Assembly: GCA_002414865.1 (NCBI GenBank)
Contig: DIAQ01000033.1
Span: 26,958 to 90,957, forward strand
Length of the DNA stretch: 64,000 nucleotides
Reading direction: 5' to 3'
Source of the DNA: a candidate division Hyd24-12 bacterium UBA5074
Lineage (GTDB): Bacteria > Fermentibacterota > Fermentibacteria > Fermentibacterales > Fermentibacteraceae
Notes under the pieces: generated by a model
What the model was told of the DNA's origin: nothing
The model's input: only the letters and a program-made list of their open reading frames with translations
Database searches by the model: none
Translations under genes and position numbers: made by a program
Shown here: in pieces, positions 1 through 9,796 of the stretch
Layout: the number at the start of each line of letters is the position of its first letter
How positions within the stretch are numbered: position 1 is the stretch's first letter

Positions 1-1609
1 CACGGCGCTCCTGGGCAGGCGCGACGTGATCGTGGTGGCCTCGGTGAGCTGCATCTACGGCCTGGGCAATCCCTCCTCCTTCAGGACCACGTGCGTGGAG
101 GTGTCGAAGGGAGGCGGGCGGGGCCTGGAGGAGCTGCTCGGGGAGCTGGTGGCCGTCCAGTACGAGAGGAACGACATCGCGCTCGTCCGCGGGCGGTTCC
201 GCGTGCGGGGCGACGTCGTCGACATCGTGCCGTCGTACATGGACACCGGGTACCGGATCGAGTTCTTCGGGAACGAGGTCGAGTCCATCAGGGCCATCGA
301 CCATCTCACGGGCCATGTCCAGGCCGATCTCGAATCGGTGCTGATCTATCCGGCGAAGCACTTCGTCATCACCGAGGCCGATCTCGCACTCGGGATGGGC
401 AGGATCGAGGAGGAGCTGGAGGCCAGGCTGCGCACTCTCAAGGTCAACGGCCGCATACTCGAGGCCCAGAGGCTCGAGTCCAGGACCAGGTACGACCTCG
501 AGCTGCTCGGGCAGACCGGCTACTGCCCGGGCATCGAGAACTACAGCAGGCACCTCTCGGGAAGGGGTGAGGGCGAGAGGCCTGCATGCCTGCTCGACTA
601 TTTCCCCTCCGACATGCTCGTGGTAATCGACGAGTCGCACCGGACCATCCCGCAGATCAGGGGCATGTACTCCGGGGACAGGGCGAGGAAGGAGACGCTG
701 GTCGAGCACGGCTTCAGGCTGCCGTCCGCGCTGGACAACAGGCCGCTCTTCCTCGACGAGTTCATCGGCATGGCCGGGCAGAAGATCTGCCTGTCCGCCA
801 CTCCGGCCGAGTACGAGCTCTCGAGATCCTCGGCCATCATCCCCCTCATCGTGAGACCCACCGGCCTGGTAGACCCGGAGCTGATCGTGAGACCCGCGCA
901 GGGCCAGATAGACGATCTCGTGCGCGACATCAGGGAGACCACCTCGGTCGGCGGGAGAGTCCTCGTCACCACGCTCACGAAGAAGATGGCCGAGCAGGTC
1001 TCCTCGTATCTCGAGGACCTGGGGATAAAGGCCAGATATGTCCACAGCGAGATCGACGCCCTCGAGAGGGTCTCGATCCTGCGGGATCTCAGGCTGGCCT
1101 CCTACGACGTCCTGGTGGGCGTGAACCTGCTGAGGGAGGGGCTCGATCTCCCCGAGGTCTCCCTGGTCGCGATACTCGACGCAGACAAGGAGGGCTTCCT
1201 CCGCTCACGCACCAGCCTGATCCAGACGGCCGGGCGGGCGGCGAGGAACATGGCGGGCCGGGTGGTGCTATATGCCGACACGGTCACCGACTCCATGAGG
1301 GACGCCATGGAGGAAACCGCGAGGAGACGGGATATCCAGCTCCGGTACAACGAGGAGCACGGGATCATCCCCCGCGGCATCACGAAGACCCGGGAGGAGA
1401 TACTACGGGCCACCAGCATAGCCGACTCGTTCGCGCCGAAGGAGCTGAAGTCGCAGCAACGGGAGAGTCTCCCGGACGATCCCGCGGCAGCCGCGGCGCT
1501 GCTGGAGAAGCGCATGATGGAAGCCGCCTCCAGGCTCGAGTTCGAAGAGGCGGCAAGGCTCCGGGACGCCTTGCGGAAGCTTATCGAGCCGCGGAGGAAC
1601 GGGGGTTGA
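1..1609 (+). CDS. uvrB: Excinuclease ABC subunit B (5'-truncated by window edge)
   Basis: VASVSCIYGLG, GIENYSRH, DESH, FRLPSALDNRPL, LLREGLDLPEV, QTAGRAARN helicase motifs and a C-terminal UVR domain (LEFEEAARLRD). Confidence 0.97.
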   Translation, partial: TALLGRRDVIVVASVSCIYGLGNPSSFRTTCVEVSKGGGRGLEELLGELVAVQYERNDIALVRGRFRVRGDVVDIVPSYMDTGYRIEFFGNEVESIRAIDHLTGHVQADLESVLIYPAKHFVITEADLALGMGRIEEELEARLRTLKVNGRILEAQRLESRTRYDLELLGQTGYCPGIENYSRHLSGRGEGERPACLLDYFPSDMLVVIDESHRTIPQIRGMYSGDRARKETLVEHGFRLPSALDNRPLFLDEFIGMAGQKICLSATPAEYELSRSSAIIPLIVRPTGLVDPELIVRPAQGQIDDLVRDIRETTSVGGRVLVTTLTKKMAEQVSSYLEDLGIKARYVHSEIDALERVSILRDLRLASYDVLVGVNLLREGLDLPEVSLVAILDADKEGFLRSRTSLIQTAGRAARNMAGRVVLYADTVTDSMRDAMEETARRRDIQLRYNEEHGIIPRGITKTREEILRATSIADSFAPKELKSQQRESLPDDPAAAAALLEKRMMEAASRLEFEEAARLRDALRKLIEPRRNGG

Positions 1610-1634
1610 CAGCCCTGATACCCTCGTCCATAGT
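1606..1634 (+). promoter_or_regulatory. Sigma70-type promoter upstream of the secreted-protein gene
   Basis: TTGACA (1606-1611), 17 nt spacer, CATAGT (1629-1634). Confidence 0.55.
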
Positions 1635-1679
1635 ACGGACGCGAAGGTGTAATTGTTAACCCGTGAAAGGGGGTTGTTC

Positions 1680-2303
1680 ATGAGAAGGGTGCTTTTCGTA
1701 CTGGCCGCACTGTCGGCCATGGCGTTCGCGAGCGGCAGCAACTTCCTGCTTGACCGCCCGGTAGTCGCCGGTTCGACCGATGACCTTCTTCAGTACGACG
1801 ACGGCAGCGCGTACTGGCTGACCTGGGGTGGTCTCTACAGGGGTACGTGGTTCAACCTCGACGACTTCCTCCCCGGTGGCATGGGCGCCGCCAACAACCT
1901 GCAGTACTGGTTCTACCACCACGCCAGCTATCCCTGGGACACCGCTTCGTTCTACTCCGAGCTCTACAATGGCGATGCGGCCGCCCCTGTGACCCAGCTG
2001 AACCAGACCTCCTGCCTCGCAACCCACTACACTCCGATCACCGCCACCTATGCGACCCCCATCGTCACCGAGTCCGACTTCTGGGGTCTCATCAACACCG
2101 AGATGTCCGCGGGCGGCTGGCCTTCGGTCCTCGGCGACAACAGTGCCGGCTCCGTGAGCCACAGCATGTTCAGCGATGACTTCATCGTCTGGGAGCCCTG
2201 GATCATCAGCGGCTCCTACTCGAACGACTACCTCATCCGCTGCACCTTCACGTTCGGGCTCGAGAGCACTACCTGGGGCGCCATCAAGGGTCTGTACAAC
2301 TAG
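1680..2303 (+). CDS. Secreted protein of unknown function with C-terminal LESTTWGAIKGLY motif
   Basis: ATG 1680, signal peptide MRRVLFVLAALSAMAFA, aromatic/Gly/Ser/Thr-rich mature part with YDDG, own promoter and terminator. Confidence 0.85.
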   Translation: MRRVLFVLAALSAMAFASGSNFLLDRPVVAGSTDDLLQYDDGSAYWLTWGGLYRGTWFNLDDFLPGGMGAANNLQYWFYHHASYPWDTASFYSELYNGDAAAPVTQLNQTSCLATHYTPITATYATPIVTESDFWGLINTEMSAGGWPSVLGDNSAGSVSHSMFSDDFIVWEPWIISGSYSNDYLIRCTFTFGLESTTWGAIKGLYN

Positions 2304-2326
2304 ACAACCCTTGTTCCCGTTCCTTG

Positions 2327-2359
2327 GGGCGCCGGCTCTTCGGAGCCGGCGCCCTTCTT
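2327..2359 (+). terminator. Intrinsic terminator
   Basis: 12-bp perfect stem GGGCGCCGGCTC/GAGCCGGCGCCC with TTCG tetraloop followed by TTCTT. Confidence 0.85.
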
Positions 2360-2393
2360 ATGAGGGAGTCTGCCTGATGGAGGACCGGCGCCG

Positions 2394-4115
2394 ATGAGCG
2401 TCATGGTGGCAAGGACTGCAGGTTTCTGCTGGGGGGTCCGACGCGCGGTGGACCTCGTGCTCGCCGAGCTCAAGAGGGGAGGCGGGCCCTGCAGGGTGTC
2501 CGGTCCATTGGTCCACAATCCGCAGGTGCTGGACGCTCTCGCGGAGCGAGGCGTGGAATGCTGCAGGGATACCGGCGAGGTGCGGGGCGGGGTGCTCTTC
2601 CTCCCCACGCACGGCACGACCCTCGAAGAGCGAGGCAGACTCGATGCGCTCGATGTGCGGCTGAGGGATCTGACCTGTCCCAGGGTCGGCAGGGCGCTGG
2701 CCCTCGCCAGGAGGAAGTCGTCCGACGGCTGCAGCGTGATAATCCTGGGCGATCCCGACCATCGCGAGGTCCACGCCCTGAAGTCGTACGGGGGGGAATC
2801 CGCCGTCGTCGTGACGGGCCCGGGCGACGTGGAAGGGCTGCCCGATCTTCAGCGGCCGTTCCTGCTGTCCCAGACCACTCAGGACACCGAGGTCTTCAGG
2901 CGGACGGAGGAGGCTCTCCGGGCCAGGTTCCCCGGTCTCCAGTCCGAGAATACCATCTGCGATTCCACCGGCCTGCGCCAGGAGGAGCTCAGGAAACTGT
3001 GCCCGAAGGCCGACTGCGCGGTCGTGGTCGGCGGCAGGGACAGCGCCAACACCGCGAGGCTCGCGGATATCGCGAAGAGCTGCGGACTGCCGGTCTTCCT
3101 GATCGAGTCCGACGCCGGGCTCGACCCCCGTGCGCTGCAGGGCTACCGGCGGATCCTTGTGACCTCTGGCGCCTCGACCCCCGGCTGGGTGATAAGGAGG
3201 GTGCGGGGCAGGCTGCTCGAGATGCAGGGCGCGACTGCCGGAAGGGCTCTCGAGCTTCTGTCGGACGCGTTCCACGGGAGCTTCCACGTGCTTCCCTCGG
3301 CGTTCCTTCTCGGCACCGCGGGAGCCCTGGCTCTCGGAGGCGCCGGCTGGATGCTGCCTGTGGTGGCCGCCTCCCTCGCCCTCTCGGCGCTCCACATGCT
3401 CAACGCCTTGCTGGAATCGGGATTTTCGCATTCGGTCAGCGTGCAGAGGCATTCCTTCCTCCGCCGCAACAGGGGTCTCCTCACACTCGCGGCAGTTCTC
3501 TCGCTGTGCGGAGCGGCCGCGATCTCGCTCTTCCTCCCTCCGCTCTGGGGTCTCCCGCTGGCGGGAGGCGTGGTGCTCTTCTCGCTCTACTCGATGCCGC
3601 TCATCAGGAATCCTGGAAAGCCCCCGCGCGGCGTGAGGGCGATCCCGGGCTCGCGCGACCTGATCTTCGCCGCCGCCTGGGCATTCCTGCTGTCCCTGCT
3701 CCCCTCGATCTCGCTCGGCATCCCCCGGTGCGGGCTCCCGGGCGTGGCCGCCTGGTCGGCCACCCTGTTCATGCTCCTGCTCGCGAGGTCCATCCTCCTG
3801 GACCTCGTGGATCTCCAGAGCGACGCGATGATGGGCAGGGACACGATCCCGCTGGCACTCGGCTGGGTCTGGAGCCGCATCCTCTTCTGGGCCTGCGTCA
3901 CACTGCCGGTTGTCATCGTCACTGCGTCCGTCGCCTTGGACCTGCTGGCCCTGCCGGCTCTCGGGATCCTGGCCGGATACGCATGGTTGACCGCTGGCTA
4001 TATCGTATTGCGCCGAACACCCTTCCCGTCCGATCTCCTCGCGAGGACTGCCGCTGACGGCAGCCTGCTCGCGGCGGGTATATTACCGCTGCTGCTCGCA
4101 CTGAACGTCCCCTGA
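2394..4115 (+). CDS. ispH: 4-hydroxy-3-methylbut-2-enyl diphosphate reductase fused to a C-terminal multi-TM UbiA-like domain
   Basis: AGFCWGVRRA, LVHNP, DLTCP, DHREV, SQTT, NTIC, SANT, SGASTP; about 290 aa hydrophobic C-terminal part with DLVDLQSDAMMGRDTIP. Confidence 0.9.
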   Translation: MSVMVARTAGFCWGVRRAVDLVLAELKRGGGPCRVSGPLVHNPQVLDALAERGVECCRDTGEVRGGVLFLPTHGTTLEERGRLDALDVRLRDLTCPRVGRALALARRKSSDGCSVIILGDPDHREVHALKSYGGESAVVVTGPGDVEGLPDLQRPFLLSQTTQDTEVFRRTEEALRARFPGLQSENTICDSTGLRQEELRKLCPKADCAVVVGGRDSANTARLADIAKSCGLPVFLIESDAGLDPRALQGYRRILVTSGASTPGWVIRRVRGRLLEMQGATAGRALELLSDAFHGSFHVLPSAFLLGTAGALALGGAGWMLPVVAASLALSALHMLNALLESGFSHSVSVQRHSFLRRNRGLLTLAAVLSLCGAAAISLFLPPLWGLPLAGGVVLFSLYSMPLIRNPGKPPRGVRAIPGSRDLIFAAAWAFLLSLLPSISLGIPRCGLPGVAAWSATLFMLLLARSILLDLVDLQSDAMMGRDTIPLALGWVWSRILFWACVTLPVVIVTASVALDLLALPALGILAGYAWLTAGYIVLRRTPFPSDLLARTAADGSLLAAGILPLLLALNVP

Positions 4116-4155
4116 ACACCCGCGCCGCCGCGGTGCCGGCATTTGGAGGCCTCAC

Positions 4156-5451
4156 TTGATAGAGCGCTACAGCATCCCCGAGATGGAGGCGATCTGGTCG
4201 GACGAGAACCGCTTCTCGCGCTGGCTGGAGATCGAGCTGCTGGCCGTCGAAGCCCGCTGCGGGCTCGGTGCCGTTCCGAGAGCCGACCTGGATCTGCTGA
4301 GGAGCAAGGCCCGCTTCGACCCGGCCAGGATAGCCGTGATCGAGAACACAGTGAAGCACGATGTGATCGCATTCCTCATGTCGGTTTCGGAGAGCCTGGG
4401 ACCGGAGTCGAGGCATATTCACTATGGGATGACCTCCAGCGACATCCTCGATACCGCACTCGCCACGCAGCTCAGGGATGCGGGAGCGCTGCTGACCGGG
4501 GCGCTCGACGCCTGGGGCGGGTCGCTCGCGGGGCTCGTGAGGAGGACCAGGGGCATCCCCTGCATGGGGCGGACTCATGGAATGCACGCCGAGCCTACCA
4601 CCTTCGCCCTCAAGTTCGCAGGGCACCATGCCGAGTACCGGAGGTGCAGGGAGAGGCTGGAATCGGCGCTCGCAGACGTATGCACGGGCAAGCTCAGCGG
4701 AGCGGTGGGCACCTATGCCCATCTGGATCCCTCGGTGGAGGAGTTCGTCTGCGCGAGGCTGGGCCTCCGGCCTGAAACCGTGGCCACCCAGGTGGTCCCG
4801 CGAGACCGCCACGCGGCGTTCCTTTGGGCCCTGGCCAGCATCGGGGGAGCCCTGGAGCGCTTCGCCACGGAGATCAGGCACCTCCAGAGGACCGAGGTCT
4901 CGGAGGCGGAGGAGCCCTTCGGCAAGGGCCAGAGGGGCTCGAGCGCCATGCCGCATAAGCGGAATCCCATCACCTGCGAGAGGCTCTGCGGGATGGCCCG
5001 CCTCCTCCGGTCCTACCTGCTCGTGGGTCTAGAGGACACCTGCCTCTGGCACGAGCGCGACATCAGCCACTCGTCCGCGGAGAGGTTCGTCCTCCCGGAT
5101 GCCTGCGGCGTGGCCCTCTACTCGCTCAGGAAAGCCTGCGAGGTGGCCGACGGGCTTTGCATCTGCGAACAGGGCGCGATGGGGCACCTGGCCTCGGCGG
5201 GCGACGGCTTCTACTCCCAGACGGTCCTGCTCGCGATGGTCGACTCGGGAGCCGACAGGAACGCTGCATACGCCTCTGTCCAGGCAGCTGCCGCGCGGGC
5301 ATCGGAAGCCGGGAGGAGCTTCGTCGAGGAGGTCTGCGGAGATCCTTCGATAACCGCCGTCCTGCCATCCGGAAGCATCCGCGCCATGTGCAGCCTCGAG
5401 CGGCACCTCAGGCACGAAGGGGATATCCTGAAGCGGGCAGGCCTGGAGTAG
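4156..5451 (+). CDS. purB: Adenylosuccinate lyase
   Basis: MIERY start, HDV, HYGMTSSD, GRTHG, signature GSSAMPHKRNP, LWHERDISHSS. Confidence 0.97.
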   Translation: MIERYSIPEMEAIWSDENRFSRWLEIELLAVEARCGLGAVPRADLDLLRSKARFDPARIAVIENTVKHDVIAFLMSVSESLGPESRHIHYGMTSSDILDTALATQLRDAGALLTGALDAWGGSLAGLVRRTRGIPCMGRTHGMHAEPTTFALKFAGHHAEYRRCRERLESALADVCTGKLSGAVGTYAHLDPSVEEFVCARLGLRPETVATQVVPRDRHAAFLWALASIGGALERFATEIRHLQRTEVSEAEEPFGKGQRGSSAMPHKRNPITCERLCGMARLLRSYLLVGLEDTCLWHERDISHSSAERFVLPDACGVALYSLRKACEVADGLCICEQGAMGHLASAGDGFYSQTVLLAMVDSGADRNAAYASVQAAAARASEAGRSFVEEVCGDPSITAVLPSGSIRAMCSLERHLRHEGDILKRAGLE

Positions 5452-5541
5452 CGCCGGTGGCCCCCGGGCGCACCTTGGCCCATATTCGCTTCGGAGCAGG
5501 CCGGCATCTGCCGGTCCTTTCTCCGTGAAGGGTGGTCGGGA

Positions 5542-6696
5542 GTGGAAATTCTCATGCTCTTCCTTGGCCTGATCGTCGGCGCGACGGTGGCCTGGCTCTG
5601 GGTCTCGGCCGCGATGAAGCGCAGGCTGCAGGTCGAGGAGGATCGGGCGGCCGGCCTGAACCGCGAGCTGACCACGATCAAGCACGAGAACCGCGAGGTC
5701 TGCTCCAACGTCACCCAGCAGGCGCGGGAGATCCAGAATCATCGCGACCTCGCCGTCCTGCTGCCCGAGCTGGTCAAGCAGATCTTCTCGGCGCGCTCCG
5801 TCAACGAGCTGGCCGACTTCGTGGCCAGGGCAGTCAGCATGATGACGAACACGGAGAAGGTTGCCGTCTTCCTATCCGACAGGACCGGCAGGCGTCTGGG
5901 CCTCGTCGAGGCCAGGGGGCTCTCCGACGTTCTCCAGATGCCGCTCGCATTGAATGTGGGCGAAGGTCATGTCGGCTTCTCCGCCGAGACCGGGAGGGTG
6001 TTCTCCATCGAGGACCTGGAGAAGGAGAGCACTCTCGTCAGGAAGCATATCGAGGACTCGGCCATCCCGGGCTACGCCCCCGAGCTCGCCGCCCCCATGA
6101 CCAGCCAGGGAGTGCTCTACGGAGTGCTCTGCCTCAACGGCATACCCAAGGGGTCCAACCTGGTGAGGGAAAGGGTCCGGGCCATCGCCGCCATCGGGGC
6201 GGCGGCCAGCGAAAACATCAGGCTCCTCGAGAGATTCGAGACCGCTGCGGATCTCGACCCCGACACCGCACTCCCTGGGAAGAGCCAGATGCGCCACCGC
6301 ATGGATTCCGAGCTCGAGAGGGTCAGGCGCTTCAACAGCCCGCTCTCCATCATCGAGCTCCAGCTCCCTCAGGGAGCCTCCACCGACAGGCTCCTCGCCA
6401 AGGAGGTGATGCGCATGTGCGCCAACCAGCTCAAGGCCACCATGCGCAACATCGATACAGGCGTGCGCGTCGCGAGGGACCGGGTGATGCTCCTCCTCCC
6501 GGGCACGAATGCGGAAGGCCTGGTCAGCGTGGTCGCCCGCCTCGGAGTCGACCTCCCGGGCATGACCAACGAGGAGGGCGACAGGATCGCGTCCGTCAGG
6601 ATGCGCTTCCTCACCTGCGAACCCGGTGAGGACCTCTCGGTGGACCCTGTTCTCCAGAGGCTGGATCTGATGGAGTTCAGGGAGTTCTCATCCTGA
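5542..6696 (+). CDS. Membrane-anchored GAF-domain protein with degenerate GGDEF-like domain
   Basis: N-terminal TM helix, coiled coil, GAF features (GEGHVG, LAAPM, YGVL), DPDTAL and R..R.NSPLSI; GGDEF site replaced by RVARDR. Confidence 0.7.
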   Translation: MEILMLFLGLIVGATVAWLWVSAAMKRRLQVEEDRAAGLNRELTTIKHENREVCSNVTQQAREIQNHRDLAVLLPELVKQIFSARSVNELADFVARAVSMMTNTEKVAVFLSDRTGRRLGLVEARGLSDVLQMPLALNVGEGHVGFSAETGRVFSIEDLEKESTLVRKHIEDSAIPGYAPELAAPMTSQGVLYGVLCLNGIPKGSNLVRERVRAIAAIGAAASENIRLLERFETAADLDPDTALPGKSQMRHRMDSELERVRRFNSPLSIIELQLPQGASTDRLLAKEVMRMCANQLKATMRNIDTGVRVARDRVMLLLPGTNAEGLVSVVARLGVDLPGMTNEEGDRIASVRMRFLTCEPGEDLSVDPVLQRLDLMEFREFSS

Positions 6697-6719
6697 CGCC
6701 CGACACGCCGGAGGCAGGC

Positions 6720-8984
6720 ATGGAAGGGCTCAGGGCGGCCCTGGAGAAGTCGATCGCCTCCCGCGGGCTCTCGCTCACTCCGGACGAAGCGCTGAAAGTG
6801 GCCTCCTGGGTGGGACGGATGCCCACTCCGGTCGAGCTCCACCTGTTCGACACGATGTGGAGCGAGCACTGCTCGTACAAGAGTTCCCGCAGGCTCCTTT
6901 CGGTTCTGCCCACGAACTCGCCCGACGTGACCCTCGGACCCGGCGAGGATGCCGGGGCTTTCCGGTTCGCGGAGCACGCGGGGAAGTGCTGGGATGTGGT
7001 GGTCGCCCACGAGAGCCACAACCATCCCTCCCAGGTCCTCCCGGTCGAGGGAGCCGCAACGGGAGTCGGCGGCATCGTCCGCGATGTCTACTGCATGGGT
7101 GCCACGGTCACCGGCGTGATGGACATGCTCCGATTCGGCGATCCCCTGGGTCCTGCGGGCAGCAGGGTCCGCTCCATCGCCAGGGGTGTCGTGAACGGGA
7201 TATGGCAGTACGGTAACGCTCTCGGCGTGCCCAATCAGGGCGGAGATACCTGCTTCCATCCCGGCTACGACGACAACTGCCTCGTGAACGTGGTGGCCAT
7301 GGGCGTCGTCGAGTCCTCCCGCCTCGTGCACAGCCGGGTGCCGGAAGCCGCCCACGGCGAGCCCTACGTGCTCGTCCTCGTGGGGAAACCCACCGATTCC
7401 ACCGGGTTCGGCGGCGCCACCTTCGCCTCGGCCGATCTCGACGAAGGCGGCCTGAGGGCGGTGCAGGTGGCCGATCCATTCCTGAAGAGGGTGGTTTCGA
7501 TCGCGAATGCCGCGGCGCTCGATTTCCTGTTCGAGAGCGGCGCCAGCTTCGGGTTCAAGGATCTGGGCGCCGGCGGCATCGCCTGCGTCAGCAGCGAGAT
7601 GGCCGCAGCGGGCGGGATGGGGGTCGAGCTCTTCCTGGATGAAGTCCCCACAGCCGTCGAAGGGCTGCCGCCCGAGGTCATCGCCTGCTCCGAGACGCAG
7701 GAGAGATACGGCCTCGCCGTCCCCGAGCGCCTGGCCGCCAGGATCCTGGCCATATACAACGAGGACTACGAGATGCCGAAGCTGCACCCCGGGGCGGGCG
7801 CGGCGCTCATAGGGCGCTTCGTGGACGATCCCGTGTACAGGGTCTGGTGCAGGGGCACGGAGGCCGCCTGCGCTCCTGTCGAGGCCATCACCAGAGGCAT
7901 CCACCACGAGCGCCCCTGGAGGGAGGCCCCGATCACCGCGCCAGGGATGCCGTCGCGGGAGTTCTCCCCGGCACAGGACATCTCGAGGATGGCCCTGTCG
8001 CTCTCCGGATGCTCGAGGAAGCCGCTGTTCTCGTACTACGACTGTGAAGTGCAGGGCATCGCCCTGTTCAGGCCGGGCGAAGCCGACGCTTCCGTAAGCC
8101 TGCCGGTGCCGGGCTGCATGGCCGGGCTGGCCGTGTCAGGAGCCGGGAACCCGTGGATAGGGGAGCTCGATCCGTTCCTCGGAGGAGCATCAGCCGTCGC
8201 CGAGGCTGTCCGGAACGTCGTTGCCGTCGGGGCGACTCCGCTCGCGGCCACGGACTGTCTCAACTACGGCAGCCCCGAGGTGCCCGAGGTCATGTGGCAG
8301 TTCCGCAGGGGGCTCGAGGGCATATCCGAGGCCTGCAAGGCTTTCGGTTTCACGGGCGGCCCGCTCCCCATAGTGTCCGGAAACGTGAGCTTCTACAATC
8401 AGACCCCTGCCGGCCGCGCGATACCTCCATCTCCCGTGGTGGCCGTGTTCGGCCGCATCTCCGACGCCTCCAAGGCGGTGGACATCTCCCTCAAGGAGCC
8501 CGGGAACCTGCTGGTCCTCTTCGGTCCGAGGCGCGGGGAGCTCGGCGGCAGCCTCTACGCGAGGGAGTTCTGCGGCGGCTCGGGAGGTCCTCCTCCCGGA
8601 TTCCGCCCCGCGGAGGAGAGGGAGATGGCCGGGGAGATCCTCGAGTGGATCTCCGCGGGCAGGGCGCGGGCATGCCATGACATCTCGGAGGGCGGCATGG
8701 CCCTGGCCGCCCTGGAGATGATCCTCGCCGACTCGGATGCCGGAGGATGCGGAATCGAGCTGTCCTGCTCCTGCGATGCGATCGCCCTGTGCGCTGAGAA
8801 TGCAGGCTACCTCGTCGAGGTGAGGCCGGGCGACCTCCCTCCGCAGATGCCCGGATTCGCCTCCGTCATCGGAACGGTGACGGGAGACGGCTCCCTCTCC
8901 GGTCCGGGATGGAGGCTCGAGGTCTCCTTGCTGCGACCGGCGTGGGCGGACAGGCTCGCATCGGTCGTCTGGAGGGAGGAATGA
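6720..8984 (+). CDS. purL: Phosphoribosylformylglycinamidine synthase subunit PurL
   Basis: MWSEHCSYKSS, ESHNHPS, GAATGVGGIVRD, DLGAGG, SETQER, DCLNYGSP, SGNVSFYN, HDISEGG. Confidence 0.97.
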   Translation: MEGLRAALEKSIASRGLSLTPDEALKVASWVGRMPTPVELHLFDTMWSEHCSYKSSRRLLSVLPTNSPDVTLGPGEDAGAFRFAEHAGKCWDVVVAHESHNHPSQVLPVEGAATGVGGIVRDVYCMGATVTGVMDMLRFGDPLGPAGSRVRSIARGVVNGIWQYGNALGVPNQGGDTCFHPGYDDNCLVNVVAMGVVESSRLVHSRVPEAAHGEPYVLVLVGKPTDSTGFGGATFASADLDEGGLRAVQVADPFLKRVVSIANAAALDFLFESGASFGFKDLGAGGIACVSSEMAAAGGMGVELFLDEVPTAVEGLPPEVIACSETQERYGLAVPERLAARILAIYNEDYEMPKLHPGAGAALIGRFVDDPVYRVWCRGTEAACAPVEAITRGIHHERPWREAPITAPGMPSREFSPAQDISRMALSLSGCSRKPLFSYYDCEVQGIALFRPGEADASVSLPVPGCMAGLAVSGAGNPWIGELDPFLGGASAVAEAVRNVVAVGATPLAATDCLNYGSPEVPEVMWQFRRGLEGISEACKAFGFTGGPLPIVSGNVSFYNQTPAGRAIPPSPVVAVFGRISDASKAVDISLKEPGNLLVLFGPRRGELGGSLYAREFCGGSGGPPPGFRPAEEREMAGEILEWISAGRARACHDISEGGMALAALEMILADSDAGGCGIELSCSCDAIALCAENAGYLVEVRPGDLPPQMPGFASVIGTVTGDGSLSGPGWRLEVSLLRPAWADRLASVVWREE

Positions 8985-9796
8985 GCCGGCCCGGGGTCGC
9001 TGTCATCCAGTTCCCTGGCTCCAACTGCGAGCGTGAGACCGCCCGGGCCCTGGAATCGGCGGGTCTGTCCGCCACGATAATCAGGTGGAACGAGGGCGCC
9101 CGGCTGATCTCCTCCTGCCATGCATGCGTTCTCCCTGGTGGATTCTCGTTCCAGGACAGGATCAGGGCCGGCGCCGTCGCCGCCAAGGAGCCGGTGATGG
9201 AGGCCGTCGCCGCGATGGCGGATTCCGGAAGGCCCGTGCTGGGCATCTGCAACGGCGCCCAGATACTCGTCGAGAGCGGCCTGGTTCCGGGCTGGGCTCC
9301 GGGCTCCGTCGAGGCCGCGCTTGCCGCCAATGACATACCGGGCCGGAGCGGCTACCTCTCTGGATGGGCGTTCGTGCGTGTGGCCGAGGGTGCCTCCCGC
9401 TCACCCTGGCTTGCGGAGGCTCCGGGGGGAGCCATCCCGCTGCCGTTCGCCCACGCCGAGGGACGGTTCGAGTTCGCCCAGGGCACATCGCTGGATCACC
9501 TGATCTCGAGGGGCACGCCGGGACTCCTCTACTGCCGGCGCGACGGCTCGCCGGCCCTGGGCTTCCCCGCGAATCCCAACGGCTCCTCCTTCAGCCTGGC
9601 AGGCATCCTCAACCCGGGCGGGAACGTGCTCGCGATGATGCCTCATCCCGAGAGGGCGGCGATGCTCTGGCAGGTGCCGCCCGCGCTGGGTGGAAGCTGG
9701 GGAGGCCTCAGGAGGGCTTCCCGCCGTCTCGACGTCCCCGGTCCGGGAGCGGCCCTCTTCCTGAGCCTGGCGACCTTCCTGGGGGCAGGCAGCTGA
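8981..9796 (+). CDS. purQ: FGAM synthase glutaminase subunit PurQ
   Basis: FPGSNCE, PGGFSF.D, LGICNG, NPNGS, MMPHPER; ATG overlaps the purL stop. Confidence 0.95.
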   Translation: MSRPGVAVIQFPGSNCERETARALESAGLSATIIRWNEGARLISSCHACVLPGGFSFQDRIRAGAVAAKEPVMEAVAAMADSGRPVLGICNGAQILVESGLVPGWAPGSVEAALAANDIPGRSGYLSGWAFVRVAEGASRSPWLAEAPGGAIPLPFAHAEGRFEFAQGTSLDHLISRGTPGLLYCRRDGSPALGFPANPNGSSFSLAGILNPGGNVLAMMPHPERAAMLWQVPPALGGSWGGLRRASRRLDVPGPGAALFLSLATFLGAGS

